Positions 27,347-40,800 of a stretch of 64,000 nt of DNA are shown here, one piece after another. The stretch is from Octopus vulgaris (taxonomy: Eukaryota). The DNA lies in the NCBI GenBank assembly GCA_951406725.2, contig OX597834.1, positions 45,508,001 to 45,572,000 of the forward strand, in the 5' to 3' direction. The notes below the pieces were generated by a model that was not told where the DNA came from, did no database searches, and saw nothing but the letters and a program-made list of their open reading frames with translations. Numbering within the stretch: the first letter of the stretch is position 1; every line of letters begins with the position of its first letter. A program made the translations under genes and the position numbers.

Positions 27347-28280
27347 AAGAAGAAGAAGAACGTTCTTAGGAAAGAAGGCAACAAAATATATCAAATCCGA
27401 AAGGAATTGAAAAAAAGGTCTACATGAGAATTGAAATGAGGAAATCACACAAGCACAGAGGCATTCGCAAAGAAAGACATACATACGCACACACACACAC
27501 ACATGCACACACGCACGCACGCACGCACGCACACACACACGAACCCACGTGCAAACCGCGCACACATATATTAACAAAGACAGGCACAAACGCACACACA
27601 ACTACACACACTAATATACACACACTGTATAATATACATTTCGCATTTGTATAAAGAACTGAGTTGGAAACAACGTTGGTTCTTTCGTTTCGTCTTTTAT
27701 TTTCATTTTGTTACTGTTTTTATTTTTGTTGTTTCTGCTTCTGCCGTTGTTTTTTTTTTTTTTGTTGTTGCTGTTGTTTTTATTTCGTTTTCTTGAAATT
27801 CTTTTAAAATATTCTGCAACAGTTTTTGTTTTGTTTTATTTTTTATATTATGACTGTGTTTCTATTGTTTTCTGTTATAATTAGTTTAACTTCCGGAAGA
27901 ATGTTATGGCCACAATGGTAAATATTCATGATGATGGTGATCCTCATTATCATTCATTAAGTTAATTATGATTGCAGTGGTGGTGGTGGTAATGGTGGTG
28001 GTGGTGGTAATGGTGGTGGTGTGGGTGGTGGTGATGGCGATGGATTTTGTGGCGGCGGCGGCCGCTGTTGTGATAATGAGGATAACCTCGTTGATGGTTA
28101 TGAAGACGATGTTGAGGGTGCCGATGTTTATGATGATGTTGTCGGTTGCTACTACTACTGCTACTACTACTACAACTCCTACAACAACAACAACTAACAC
28201 TACTACTACTACTATTACTACAACCACTACTAATATTACTAGTACTATAACCACTACTACTACTACTATTATTATTATTA

Positions 28281-28321
<41 letters not shown>

Positions 28322-28868
28322 GAGTGAGAGAGCAGTTCATGCCATCAAAGTGACACTGGGGTAAAATATACGAAGCTCAATATACCCATCATGACTACCC
28401 GTCTGATAAAGGTACACCAGGCACATGCATCACAACCATTTGTGCGCGACATGGTGATATCATATCAAGATAAACAGCACATGACCTTGCAGGTGGGGCC
28501 CAGTTAGAATTTTCTTCAGGTTGGGTAGCCCATCCCGCTCAAACGGTCCCTGAATAAGGGTTGTTTAAGGATGTTGAAAGAACCACCCATGTTTCCAGAG
28601 GTGAACTATTCAAACCCCAAAGAATCCCTCTCAACACATGGCTATGATGCTCCCCCACTATTTCTGCTCGTGATCAGAGATGCACATATCGTCAGCTACT
28701 AAGGGACATGCTCAACTGGTTAAGGTCAAACAACTGACAAGCAAATCTGTGGTATTGAGCAGAATATTTGCTGTAGCCCATCTTTTATACCAAGACAAAA
28801 CAATGTACATGATAACACTTCCAATCAGTTAAGATCAGAAGCCATGAGAACCAGTGCCTAGTATTGCA
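28322..28868 (-). mobile_element. Unclassified ~550-bp non-coding element flanked by (TAA)n
   Basis: Reverse complement of 60925-61476 over its whole length; (TTA)n on both sides on the + strand. Confidence 0.85.
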
Positions 28869-28884
28869 ATTATTATTATTATTA

Positions 28885-29240
28885 TCATTATTGTGTCGTC
28901 AGACGCTCACAGCCCGCTACCAGTCGGACAATGAGATCCACTGATGTTCCGCTTCAGAAAGTTATAGTGGATTAATAGCGGGGAAGTGCGATAACTTTCT
29001 CGTAGAACTGGCTTGTCTGTTACGGAGAACTTCCGGTCGGAAACTATCATGGATAATTTCAAGATGTCCTTTGCCTGGCAGTGCTACCGGGGACGTAACC
29101 GGTTTGAGATAAACTCTACAGGCAGGGATCAGATATACTGCCAAACGAGCTTGTCTGTGGGGCACGTAGAGCGATGAAACCATTCTGCACGCACTCGTTC
29201 AGTGTCCGGGCTATGCTGAATTGTGGGCGATGTTCGCAAG
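28885..29240 (+). pseudogene. Tx1/L1-type LINE C-terminal zinc-knuckle fragment
   Basis: Frameshifted + frames give SFAWQCYRG...PV*DKLYRQG...CG...SDETILHALVQCPGYAELW, the ETxxHxLxxCP...W motif of L1/Tx1 ORF2. Confidence 0.65.
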
Positions 29241-29244
29241 AAAC

Positions 29245-30070
29245 AACAGGAACTTATGTGCATATCTGATTCCTCTTTCTCGTCATATTCTCTACACTTT
29301 TCCCTTTTCACGGATTTGTTTATTTTAGCCTTAATGCCATTCGTCCGCAAAGACTGGTTTTGAGCAGCCATTAGGGAGCCCTCTTTTTCTTTCTTAAAGA
29401 TCTTCACTATTCAGCCATTGACGAGACTCTTCTGCATCGATGTCTTGTGTCTGTCTGAGATGCTGGCCGTGTAGTTCTCTCCCCCAAATTGTTGTTTCTC
29501 GTTTCTATTGTCTTCTTTTCTTTTATTCCATTGTCGTTTCCGTAGCTCTTTTATCCCCTCCTCTGGCACCTAAAAGAAGTCTTTCTGGTTTTTACATCTC
29601 TAACCAGTCTTCTACGGATATCAGACCGGTCTCCGTCTCCTTCCGTTCTGACCTGGATATTCCCCTCTCTTTATCACAGACTTTATCCAAACTTCATGTC
29701 TATGTTATCGTTCACACCTCCAACAGCCTCTACCTTTAACTGTGAATCTAAACCTTCCTCACTTTCGGCAACATATTTCAGATCGTCCATAAACAGGAGG
29801 CGGGTTATTATCTCAACACATCAAAATTCGTAGCATGGTTTAACCTCTCTTGTGGTCAATGTAGGAGTGATAACTGTAACCAGGAATAGCAGTAGTGGGA
29901 GTGTATTCCCCTACTTATTGTTGGAATATTCCCCTACTTATTATTGACATCACCGAGCTTATCTTGGCATGATATCAGTATAGTTCTCTATTTTGGAATA
30001 CTCTTTTTGAGGAGCTGGACAACATTCTGAGCAATCCCAAATATCTCGAGGTATTCTACGAGCCATGAGT
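29245..30070 (-). pseudogene. Degenerate R4/Dong-type LINE (RT to zinc knuckle)
   Basis: ITRLLFMDDLKY near 29790 and KKEKEGSLMAAQNQSLRTN...KCREYDEKEESDMHISSC (ORF 29129-29407). Confidence 0.75.
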
Positions 30071-30487
30071 GTCATACTGTAGTTTTGCTATGTTATTTAA
30101 TTGCCAAATATATTTTCAGATAGTTTCCCACATCCTCAGACAATATGGCTTAATATCATAGAAGATCAAGCACGCAGCTAATACAGTTGCGGGCATTTAA
30201 TCAGGATTCCATAAATCCGTATTTATGGAATCCCGATAATACGCCCGCTTCTGTATTAGTTGCCAGTTTCATTTCCCAGCTTTTAGCTGCGTGTTCCATT
30301 TTCTATGATATTATGCTATATTGTCTGAGGATATCTAAAACTAACTCAAATAAGTTATATTTCCCGATTACATAAAATAGTAAAACTATTATACGTCTAG
30401 TCACCAGTTACGAACTGTAGCTAGAAAATATTTTTCCCTATACACGTATAGCTGTGTGGCTAAGAAGGCATGTATTGTGGGTTTTAG

Positions 30488-30908
30488 TTTTCACTTGTTT
30501 CAGGTATTTGACTGCAGCCGCTGGAACACCGCCTTTTACTCAAAGAAGTCGACACCAGGACATGTTATTTGTAAGCCTGGCACTTATTCTATTTGTCTCT
30601 TTTGCCGAGCCGCTAAGTTACGCTGCCCAAGCCCACCAACATCGATTGTTAAGCGATGGAGGGGGACATACACAGACACAAAGACACACATACACACACA
30701 TAAACATAGAGACAGACAGACACACAGACACACTCACACATATACATACGATAGGCTTCTTTCAGTTTCCGTCTACAAAATCCATTCACAAGGCTTTGGT
30801 CAGCCCGAAACTATAGTAGAAGCCACATGACCAGTATGTCACGCAGTGAGACTGAACCCGGAAGAAAATAGTTCCGGGTTCAAGCTTCTTATTACACAAC
30901 CACGCCTG
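30488..30908 (-). mobile_element. SINE family B
   Basis: CTTCTTTCAGTTTCCGTCTAC...CACAAGGCTTTGGTCAGCCCG and TTTTGCCGAGCCGCTAAGTTACG, shared with 23348-23770. Confidence 0.8.
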
Positions 30909-32185
30909 TTTTTATTTTATTTTAATTTATTTCTTCGTATTACATTAATTTCTTCCCATTATACTTTTACAATTATATACTTTATTAAGGAATGGCTTTT
31001 GAATTATACATTTCGAAATTCAAGGTTCCTAAACGTTGAATATATTAACGAGTCTCTCAGTGAATTCATACGCCCCCCCCCCATATATACAAGAGCATTG
31101 ACACCCTGTTGCTTTCAAACTGGATTCATACGATCCGTTACTGTACTTTTATATGAATAAGTCACCTATGTTCTATTTTTGAATCCTTTCAGTCTCCGGG
31201 GAAGAACGATTTGAAATAGTTGTAATGTGGAATATTGATTCTTGTAGTTTATAAGTTTAGGTAAAGTATTAAGGAAACGAAAATGTAAGGAAATACGAAG
31301 AAGTGGAATGGAAAATGTTGAAGGGAAGGGGATGGAGAGTTGGAAGAAAATAGAAGACGATGGGTAGGATGAGAAGAACAAGAAGGAACGAGTAGGAAGA
31401 GGAGGAGGGGAGGGTGGATGAGGATGGGGAGGAGAGGAGGGGAGAGGTGATGAGGAGGGGAGGGTGGAGTGGGGGATGAGGTGTGGCTGGAGCAGGCGGA
31501 CAAGATGCTGCAGAAAATGTGGAGTAGCGGAGGAGAAAAGAAAGGTGGAGAGGAGGATTAGTGAAGAAGAAGAAGAAGAAGAAGAAGAAGAAGAAGAAGA
31601 AGAAGAAGAAGAAGAAGAGAAGAGAAGAGAAGAGAAGGAGTATGGAGCGGAAGTGAAGGAGGTGATGTACAAGTGAAAAACACGAAGAAAAATGCAAGTA
31701 AAAAATTAGAGTTAATACGAATAATGGAAAATATAAATGCTAAAAGTACAATTGGAAATGCTGATTATTATTTAGATAGCATAATAGAATTATGTAATAC
31801 AAAAGATGCATTTCACAAAAGAGATCTTTCTTTAGAATTATGAGAGCAAAACAACCAGTTTACGAGAATATCAGCAACTTTGGAATGAAACGCCTGCGAT
31901 AAATATTTACTTTAGAGAAAGACTGACAAGTGACAAGAAAGATAGCAGGAAATTGTGAAACACTTTTTCAGAGCACTTTTAATGAATTTCGTAACTTGCT
32001 CCGAAGACATTTTCATCTTTATATGCAACAACAGGTATAGCGAAGTGGCAAGCAGGCACTGTTAGTTAAAAATCTTGCATTCATCCCTGTAGTCTAGGGT
32101 TCGATTCCAATGTGCATATCTTTGCTCAGTGCTGTTATATCTCCTAAGGCCATCGACTAGCGTAAATCAGACAACGTGTTGACTG

Positions 32186-32241
<56 letters not shown>

Positions 32242-32481
32242 TGCTACAAGATTTGGTTAGTTCGTTCAGAGTTGCAGCTCTTAGTTACATATCTTTGACA
32301 AGAGTAAAAAAACTCGAAACACCGATATCTGCGATTATTAACAAATGGCGACACTGAACGAAATAGGTGTTTTCACACCTTTTTCCATAACACAGATTTT
32401 TTTTCTCCCAGGTAACTGCAGTGTATTTGCTTTTAGCAGTTGAAATATGTGACAAACATATTACAACTAACCTAAGTTGTG

Positions 32482-32528
<47 letters not shown>

Positions 32529-34802
32529 GTATATATATATATAATATAATATAATATATTATAATATATATGCTGCTGTGTCGTCATGTTGATGCGTATT
32601 TTTAATGTGATGGCGGAGGTGGTGGCAGCGGTGGTGGTGGTGGTGGTGGTGGCGGTGGAGGGATCGGAGGTGGTGGGGGCGGTTTTGCTGGTATCGGTAC
32701 AGATTGTGGCGATGATGGTGCTGGCAGTGCAGTTTATGCTGGTTAAGGTACCGCTCAGGGTGCCGGTCAGTGTGCTGTTGTTGCTGTTGGTAGTGCTGGT
32801 GGTTGTGGCGGCGGTGACGGTGGTGGCGGCGTTTAATAGTTGTAGGTGATACATGGATGCCACATCATTTCCGTTCCAAATTGAATTCGAATTGAACGGA
32901 GTCATTGAATTATATTTTCACTTCAATAAACACGCGCCAAAAGAAAAGAATTATAAGACACGCACGCAAACACACACACACACACACACATACAGGCAGA
33001 AAACACTCATAGAGGCATGCACGCCTCTATGTGTTATTATTGGCAGGCGCAGTGATGAGAGATGTGATGAATGATGATGGCATTGATGGCGGTGATATGC
33101 TAATAGTAATGAGGGTGGTGGCGAGGATTGAGCCAATGGTAGTAGTGTGGTGGTTGTGCGAGGAGAACATGGTGGATATATATATTTATTAATTTATACA
33201 CACACATACCCATATGCATGCATACATACAGCAAAAAAATAAACATATATAAGTACTATAAATATGTAGATGTTTACGGATGAATATTCTTGTATTCTTT
33301 TAATATATATATATGTGTGTGTGTGTAAATGCTCATATGTGCGTGTTGTAGGAAGATATATACACATACGCAGACAAAAATAAACACAAACAAATACATA
33401 TATACATAATATATATAATTACATATTGTATCCATACATGTTATATATTCACACATATACACATACATACATAACATGCACATACACTACAAGCATACAT
33501 GCACAAATTTATACCCCCCCCCCTATATATATATATATACATACGTACAATCATATGTAGACATACAAGCTACAGCTACAGCAACAACTATACAATTTAG
33601 CGAATATTTTAATAATATCCTGAAAAATATCAAAATATATAAAATTTACATGAAAATAAAGCAGAAGGCAGAGAAATGTAACCAAAAGTATCACCATTCC
33701 ACTCGGTGTTTGCATCTGTAGTTTTCTATTTTCGTTTCACTTGCTTTGACTTAATATGCCATTTAAAATTTACAATAGTCTAAATGTGTTTTCATTAATT
33801 AAAATTTCATGAAGATACAGTTGAGGAAGCTTTCAAAGAAGGCGTCTGTTTTAAAAATAGAAATTATCGGAAGAAGTGAAGCAACGAATCCACAGAAATT
33901 AGTTAAAACGGCTCCAGGTTTCGTTTGGGCTTATTTTTTTCTATCATTATTGTTCTTGATGTTGTTGGTATTGTGATTATTATTATTGTTGTTGCTGTTG
34001 TTTTTATTATTACTTGTATCGTTGCAGTACAATCACATGGAGGACATTTGGTGGCGTATAAATTCTATATATGGTTGATGGTTAAATATTCTGAGAAAAC
34101 GTCTGATTGTGAATGTGTATTTATGCATGTATGTATACGTGCGTAGCTATATATGACTATACATTTACATGCACACACACATACACATTCATACATACAT
34201 AGATACATATATATATATATATATATATACTCACACATCCATATATGTATGTATGTCTATACACGTATACACACACATACATGCACACCGACACAGACTC
34301 GCAAAGACATATACATATATATATATGCATAATGAAATTTTGAAAATATATATGTATACAGTCATCCCTTCCTATACACGTGCACTTAGAATGATGTGTG
34401 TATTCTATTGTTTACTTTTACGTATTTTTACATAGATGGGAATGCATACTGAAGTACAATCTCACAATAAAATATGCGGACATCCCCCTACTCACGGGCA
34501 AATGCATATATATATGTATATTTGTGTGCGTGTTTGTGTCTGTGCACCCATGTCTGTGGGTATATGGTTGTGTGCATTTGCATATTCACGCAGACACCCA
34601 GAGACTGTAAAAGATAATATTCAAATACTCACTGTAAACAACCACAGATTACCAAACATCCTATGAACTGAAGAGGCACACATATCCAGAAAAGGTGTTT
34701 AAACTACATTGATTGACCCTAGCATTTTTTTATCCCTATGTAGATATAAATCATGTGACGTTACAAGTTCCTTTAACTTTCATCTTTCATAGCGACACTA
34801 GA

Positions 34803-34859
<57 letters not shown>

Positions 34860-34870
34860 TATATATATAT

Positions 34871-34900
34871 ACTGGCAGAAATACCCGGCGTTGCCCACGT
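34871..34900 (-). mobile_element. Helitron-like 3' terminus
   Basis: Minus strand CGTGGGCAACGCCGGGTATTTCTGCCAG|T: a GC-rich subterminal hairpin remnant ~12 nt before a CTAG-like (CCAG) end, next to (TA)n. Confidence 0.45.
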
Positions 34901-35225
34901 TAAAGAGACATAGGGAAGACCTGACAAATTCCTTTAATTTTCATAGCGACGCTAGACGGTTTCTGAGATTATGTTTAGAAGGAATGTCTAGAATAAGTTT
35001 TCTTCTCAGCGGATGCACTCTACACGTGTGAACGCAGGCAACCACAACGACTGCAAGAACAACAACAAAAGCAACAATTATTATTACAGCAACAAATGCT
35101 GCAATTAATGAGTTGTACGTCGTCCAATAAGTTTGAAAAAAGTTAAAATTCTGTTCTCTTAGAAAATAAGCGAAAAAAAAACTATATGTATACAATTACG
35201 TAGTTAATAATTTTATATCATCTTT

Positions 35226-35281
<56 letters not shown>

Positions 35282-35299
35282 CGCACACAAATTAAATTA

Positions 35300-35640
35300 A
35301 AACGGACATTTTCGATTGACATATTTTACATATAATTTATTAACATAATATTATATTGCAATAAATATAATATAATATAATTAAAAGAAAATTGCGATTT
35401 ACGATTGACATATTTTGAATATAATTTATTAATATAATATAATTAAAGGAAAATGGAGATTTACGATTGAGATATTTTTAATGTGATTTATTATTATAAT
35501 ATAATTAAAAGAGAACGGTTATTTACGATTGACATATTTTAAATTTAATCTATTAACATAATATAATTAAAAGGAAGTAGAGATTTATGATTGATATATT
35601 TTAATTATAATTTATTAACATATTATATTACAATAATATA
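35300..35640. repeat. AT-rich minisatellite, ~61-bp unit, 5 copies
   Basis: Recurring GATTTACGATTGACATATTTT...ATAATTTATTAACATAATATAATTAAAAG. Confidence 0.85.
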
Positions 35641-36362
35641 ATATTTTATATTAGCTATAATTATTCATATTATCTGTAATTATTTTAATTAATCAATAAT
35701 TTTAATTGGAAGGAATAATAATTATATAGATACGTATTTGATATTCATTTTTATAGGCTTCTTTTGTATAAATATATTTATGTGATTTCATATGGAGAAG
35801 TACGTAGGTGTATATATATATGTGTGTATATATGAAAGATTAAATAATTATATGCTAATGATTCATGGTTATTAATATTTTTTTATATAAATAATTAGGT
35901 AAATGTATACTCACATTTATATGCTGAATATATGTTTACATGTGTATATGTATAGATGCAGATATTCGGATGTACATACGTGCATATATATGTATATATA
36001 TATATATATATATGTGTGTGTATATATATATATGTGTGTGTGTGTGTTGTGTCGTTGTGTATGTATATGTTAATTATTAATTGTTATTATTATTATTTTT
36101 ATTGTTTTATATATTGAGGTAAATATATACTAATATATGCATGATGTATCTAATATGTCTGTTCCTGTGTATGCGTGCATATGTGTAGATTTGTGTGTAT
36201 GTGTGTATGTGTATGTTTGCGCGTGTCTGAGAGTGTGGATGTGTGGATGTCTATATTGATGTTTGTATAAATGTGACTATGTATACATAACTATACGTGT
36301 ATGTATCTCTATATATATATATCCATATATACACCTATATATGTTTGTCTATATATACATCG

Positions 36363-36424
<62 letters not shown>

Positions 36425-36451
36425 CTGTGTGTGCGTATGTGTGTGTGAATG

Positions 36452-36488
<37 letters not shown>

Positions 36489-37149
36489 ATATTTGAATGT
36501 GTATAAGAGTATTTATATATATGTGTGGGTATCTCCTATATATTTGAATCCATATACATTTTACTTAATAGATTGTTAATTAATTAAGAAATATATATTT
36601 GCTAAATAAAGAAATTGATACAAAATGAATTGAATTAATACATACATAATGTTATGGTAAAGCTTTGAAGTCATTGATGATGCATGAACACCGTTTCCCC
36701 TATGATCTTTATACATCTTTATAACGCGATGCACATGTTTTGATGTCATTGAATTATGAAGAATGATTTTTGTTGGAACTGAATAATTAGTAAGTTTAAA
36801 TTACTATATTAATATGGATAGTTATAATGTTCCATTGTATTACTAAATAAATTTTGTAGTATATAAAATATGATTTAATTGTCTCGATTTAGATTAATAT
36901 TTAGAAATACTAAAATATATTTATCTGAAGTATTAAACTATAGTACTATATTCGTAGATAAATTAAAGTTATAAATTCAAAATTATATTATTTCTATTTC
37001 ATCTTAAATGATTATAAGTATTCATATTAAATTTCATAATAATAGTATACGAATAAAGTCATAATATACCTTATAGTGATTAAATTCGTGAGTTTGTTTC
37101 TTGATTTTCGTCCTATATGTACTGTATTTTAGTTTACATTAAATTTCTA

Positions 37150-38130
37150 TTGTCCCTGTTTTGTATTTTCCGCCATACATGTTTCACTTGAGACGAATCT
37201 TTATGTTCAATTTGCTTTGGGTCGTTTCTAAATTTTACTAATCTTTCGCACGCTTCTAACACTTATTGTAAGGTTACATCTTACTTTTCTTCCAGCTGAG
37301 CGAGAATTCTTGTTCTTACTTCTGCACCTTTTTCTGTATTTGGTAACTGAGTAAATATCAGGCTCTTGAATATGTCTGGCAATAACTCGTCTAGTTTGAA
37401 CCTTTCACATACTCTGTGAACTCTAACAACATCTGTGATGTAGTCTTCCACGTTCTTCTTTTAGAGGTTCAACGAGATTTTCTCGCTAATAAATTTATAC
37501 AATATGTCTATTGTATTTCTAAATTTTATGCCAGATTTTTTTCAAGAGTACGCAATATCTATATTGCTCATGTTCTCCAGATACCAGTTTTCATAGGATT
37601 AGACGAATTTTCGTATCGTCATTCCAATCTTTGCACTCTTCATTGAAGATCTCTTCCCATCTTCTGTGATAGGCTTCCAAGGTAACACCTTCGTCTGCTT
37701 CATATAGAAATTATAGTTTTGAGTTAGGAACATAATCTTATGAGAACGTTTTTCAGAATATTTGGACGTCATGCTACTCACTAATTGCAGTATTTGTTGC
37801 TGTAATAGAAATTGTTGATGTTGTTGTTCTTCCAGTTGTTGTGGTTGCTGTTTTTCCAACTCGAGCGAACCGGCCAAAAAGTCTTCCATACCTTTACGAT
37901 TTTCTATACCGTAAAATTCGCACAAAATCTTTTGTGAGTTTGTTTAATCCTTGTGAGTTTGTAAATTTCTTGTCGCCATATTTGTTATCAAAAGCCGAAC
38001 TGTTGTAACGTCCGCTCCGGTATAGCACTATAGTTAATTAGACTAGTGAGATACGAAAAGTAAGACTGACTTCAACGACTTCGCGACTTCCTACGACACA
38101 GTCATTGTAACGACAAAGTCACATATCACA
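37150..38130 (-). mobile_element. Ty3/Gypsy (Mag-like) LTR retrotransposon 5' part: LTR, PBS, degenerate gag
   Basis: LTR TG...CA at 38130-37983 and PBS TGGCGACAAGAA at 37978-37967. The gag frames give YEADEGVTLEAYHRRWEEIFNEECKDWNDDTKIRLIL and RVCERFKLDELLPDIFKSLIFTQ...AEVRTRILAQLEE with stops and frameshifts. Confidence 0.8.
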
Positions 38131-38149
38131 TCACGTGGGAGGACTGTTC

Positions 38150-38245
<96 letters not shown>

Positions 38246-38419
38246 TTTCTTTTTATGACAGTTGTTTTGGAGCTCCTGGTGTCTTGCATACAGAGCGGAA
38301 CTACTGCCTGCAGCGTATGGTACCATGCTATTCGTTCTTTTTCATTTATCTAATACTTTCCCCCAAGGACCCAACGGCTCTATCTCCATAAGACAAAGAT
38401 CAGAGAGAGAATAATATAA

Positions 38420-38600
<181 letters not shown>

Positions 38601-39093
38601 TGTGTGTATATATATATATATATCATGTGGGGAAGTGTATGTGTGTGTGTGTTTATATTATTCTGCTATGCATAAAATCAACGGCAAAAGGTGCTCCAGC
38701 ATGGCCTGAGGTTTGGTTGTTAATACAAACTAGAAAACTAAGCCATTAAATAATTTTCACACACACACAACTATGTCTATGTATGTGTGCGCGCCCTCAT
38801 GTGTATTTGAATATACTCCATTACTATTTTATATATTTATATATTTGCTCAGTTTGTTATTTCCTCTTTCAAATATTCCCCATTTATCTTCCCTACCTCC
38901 TCCACATTCCTTTATACTTTCCCAGGATTCATCATTAAGTGTAATTGCTAATTACCGCTAATTTGTTCGGGGAAACTATGTGAAGCATTATTAATTAACC
39001 GTGGATACTCAAAAACAAAAACAAAATAAAATATAAATACAAAACATAAAGAGTAGAAAGGGACAAGAAAACTATTTAAATAATGATAAAAAG

Positions 39094-39164
<71 letters not shown>

Positions 39165-40134
39165 TAATAATAATGAGTCATCAAAATAAAGAACAATTTC
39201 AACGTCAACAACAACAAAGACACTGCAAGAACAAGAACAATAATAGCCAAAGGAAGACAATACTCATCAGCAGCAACATGAAATGTAGTTACAGCTGCAA
39301 GGAAGGAAAGAAACAAGACTAAAAGGATGACATTTTTGACGGTTTCAAATTAGATTTAATTGTAGTTCGCCATTTTAATCTTACTCCTCTCTCCCAAACT
39401 CTTCTTCACGTGTGCATATATGTGGCTCTGTGTATGTGTGTCTGTGTGCGTATTGTGTATGTGAGTGTGTCTGTATGCGCTTGTACTAGGTGTATTTCTT
39501 CATGTGTATATATGTATGAGTGCAGATGGCTCTTTGTGTATATACGTGCAGGTGTTTACGTATATCTGCGTTTGTACGTGAGTTCCCTTTCGTGAATGCT
39601 TGTTTGTATGCGTGAGTGTAATTCGGTGGGAATTTGTGCGTTTCTGAATTGCTCTACATACTTATGATGCATACAAGTGTCTCTACCTCTGTCTCCCCAT
39701 CCAATTCGCGCTCTCTCCCTTTTTCACTTTATGTGTGTGTGTATATAAGTATATATTATTTTTGTGTTCTGCGTGTGAATACGTGTGCATTCCTTAATAT
39801 ATGTGTATCGATAAATACATATACATATATATGTGAATAAGTATACACACACATATATCTCACACAGACACATATACACACGCACACACACGCATACACA
39901 CGCACATACACACACGACATTTTAAGTACGGTTGATAATGTGTTATTTCGGTGAATGAAGTGAGTCTTGCCATGTTATGGTTTATACTTAAAATATCTCA
40001 CCAATAGCATAATAGCCTCTTGGCAACCCCGTAATAAATCGTTTCGACCAGAATTTTAACACCAACTAGCTACCCATATGCCTTCATGCATGCAAACATA
40101 CGTATATACATATATACGCATACATACCTATACA

Positions 40135-40800
40135 TACAGGGATAAATTTGACTGTTTGCTTTAAAGGAAATAAAGACACCATATACCCTTCAAAAGAATA
40201 AGTATTTTAAAACATCAAAAAATATCAATTAGATTATAACTTGGGTTCTACTGAAATAACCGCCTTCATCTTCCACTGCGGTCTCAGCACAGGAGCATAA
40301 CCGTGTGGAAGCGTTCTTCGCTGCATCTCTTGGAAGATCGAAGATCAGCTATTTGATCTCAGCCATGAGCTCGGCCTTGATATTGCAAGCGGAGCAGTTG
40401 TTGTCTTTGTTAACAGCGTCCGAATCAGACATGGAAATACAATCGGGAATCTTAGGAGGTAAGGTTTTTTTGCAGGCAAAATCGTTGAAATTCTCGGACA
40501 ACAATGTCTAACTCTTTCCAGAAGTATGGCGACGAGATGAATCCTCTGCAAGACTGATGGCCTTGTAGCAGCAACTCTAACCAGTTAAACTTTGATAATA
40601 GTCTCCAACAACTTCACATGGCCGTCTGAATTAAGCCTAAGGCCCTGTTTAGTGATTGTTGGTTGAATTCGGGAGGGTGGTCACATTCATATCGCCTTCT
40701 CTGTCTCTTCCTCCTGTTCACGGCGTTGTATACTTTGCAGATTTATAATGCCGTGCTTATTTCATTTTAACCGTCGCAGATCACTTTGCTTATCATACAA
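40135..40800 (-). pseudogene. Tc1/mariner-superfamily (maT/DD37D-like) transposase remnant
   Basis: Minus strand gives QGLRLNSDGHVKLLE...EDSSRRHTSGKS*TLLSENFNDFACKKTLPPKIPDCISMSD...EDEGGYF; terminus TA|CAGGG at ~40135. Confidence 0.7.

Noticed and set aside
31972-32034. 63-nt AG/GT-bounded open segment (STFNEFRNLLRRHFHLYMQQQ) as a coding exon
   Set aside because: No recognisable homology, weak donor (GTATAG) running into a degraded SINE head, and no partner exons found.
32285-32905. 206-aa Thr-rich ORF
   Set aside because: Built from degenerate (GGT/GGC)n and (CA)/(TA) repeats; low complexity.
35300-35640. Regularly spaced repeats as a CRISPR-like array
   Set aside because: Whole units are homologous with no unique spacers, the context is eukaryotic, and there are no cas genes; it is a minisatellite.
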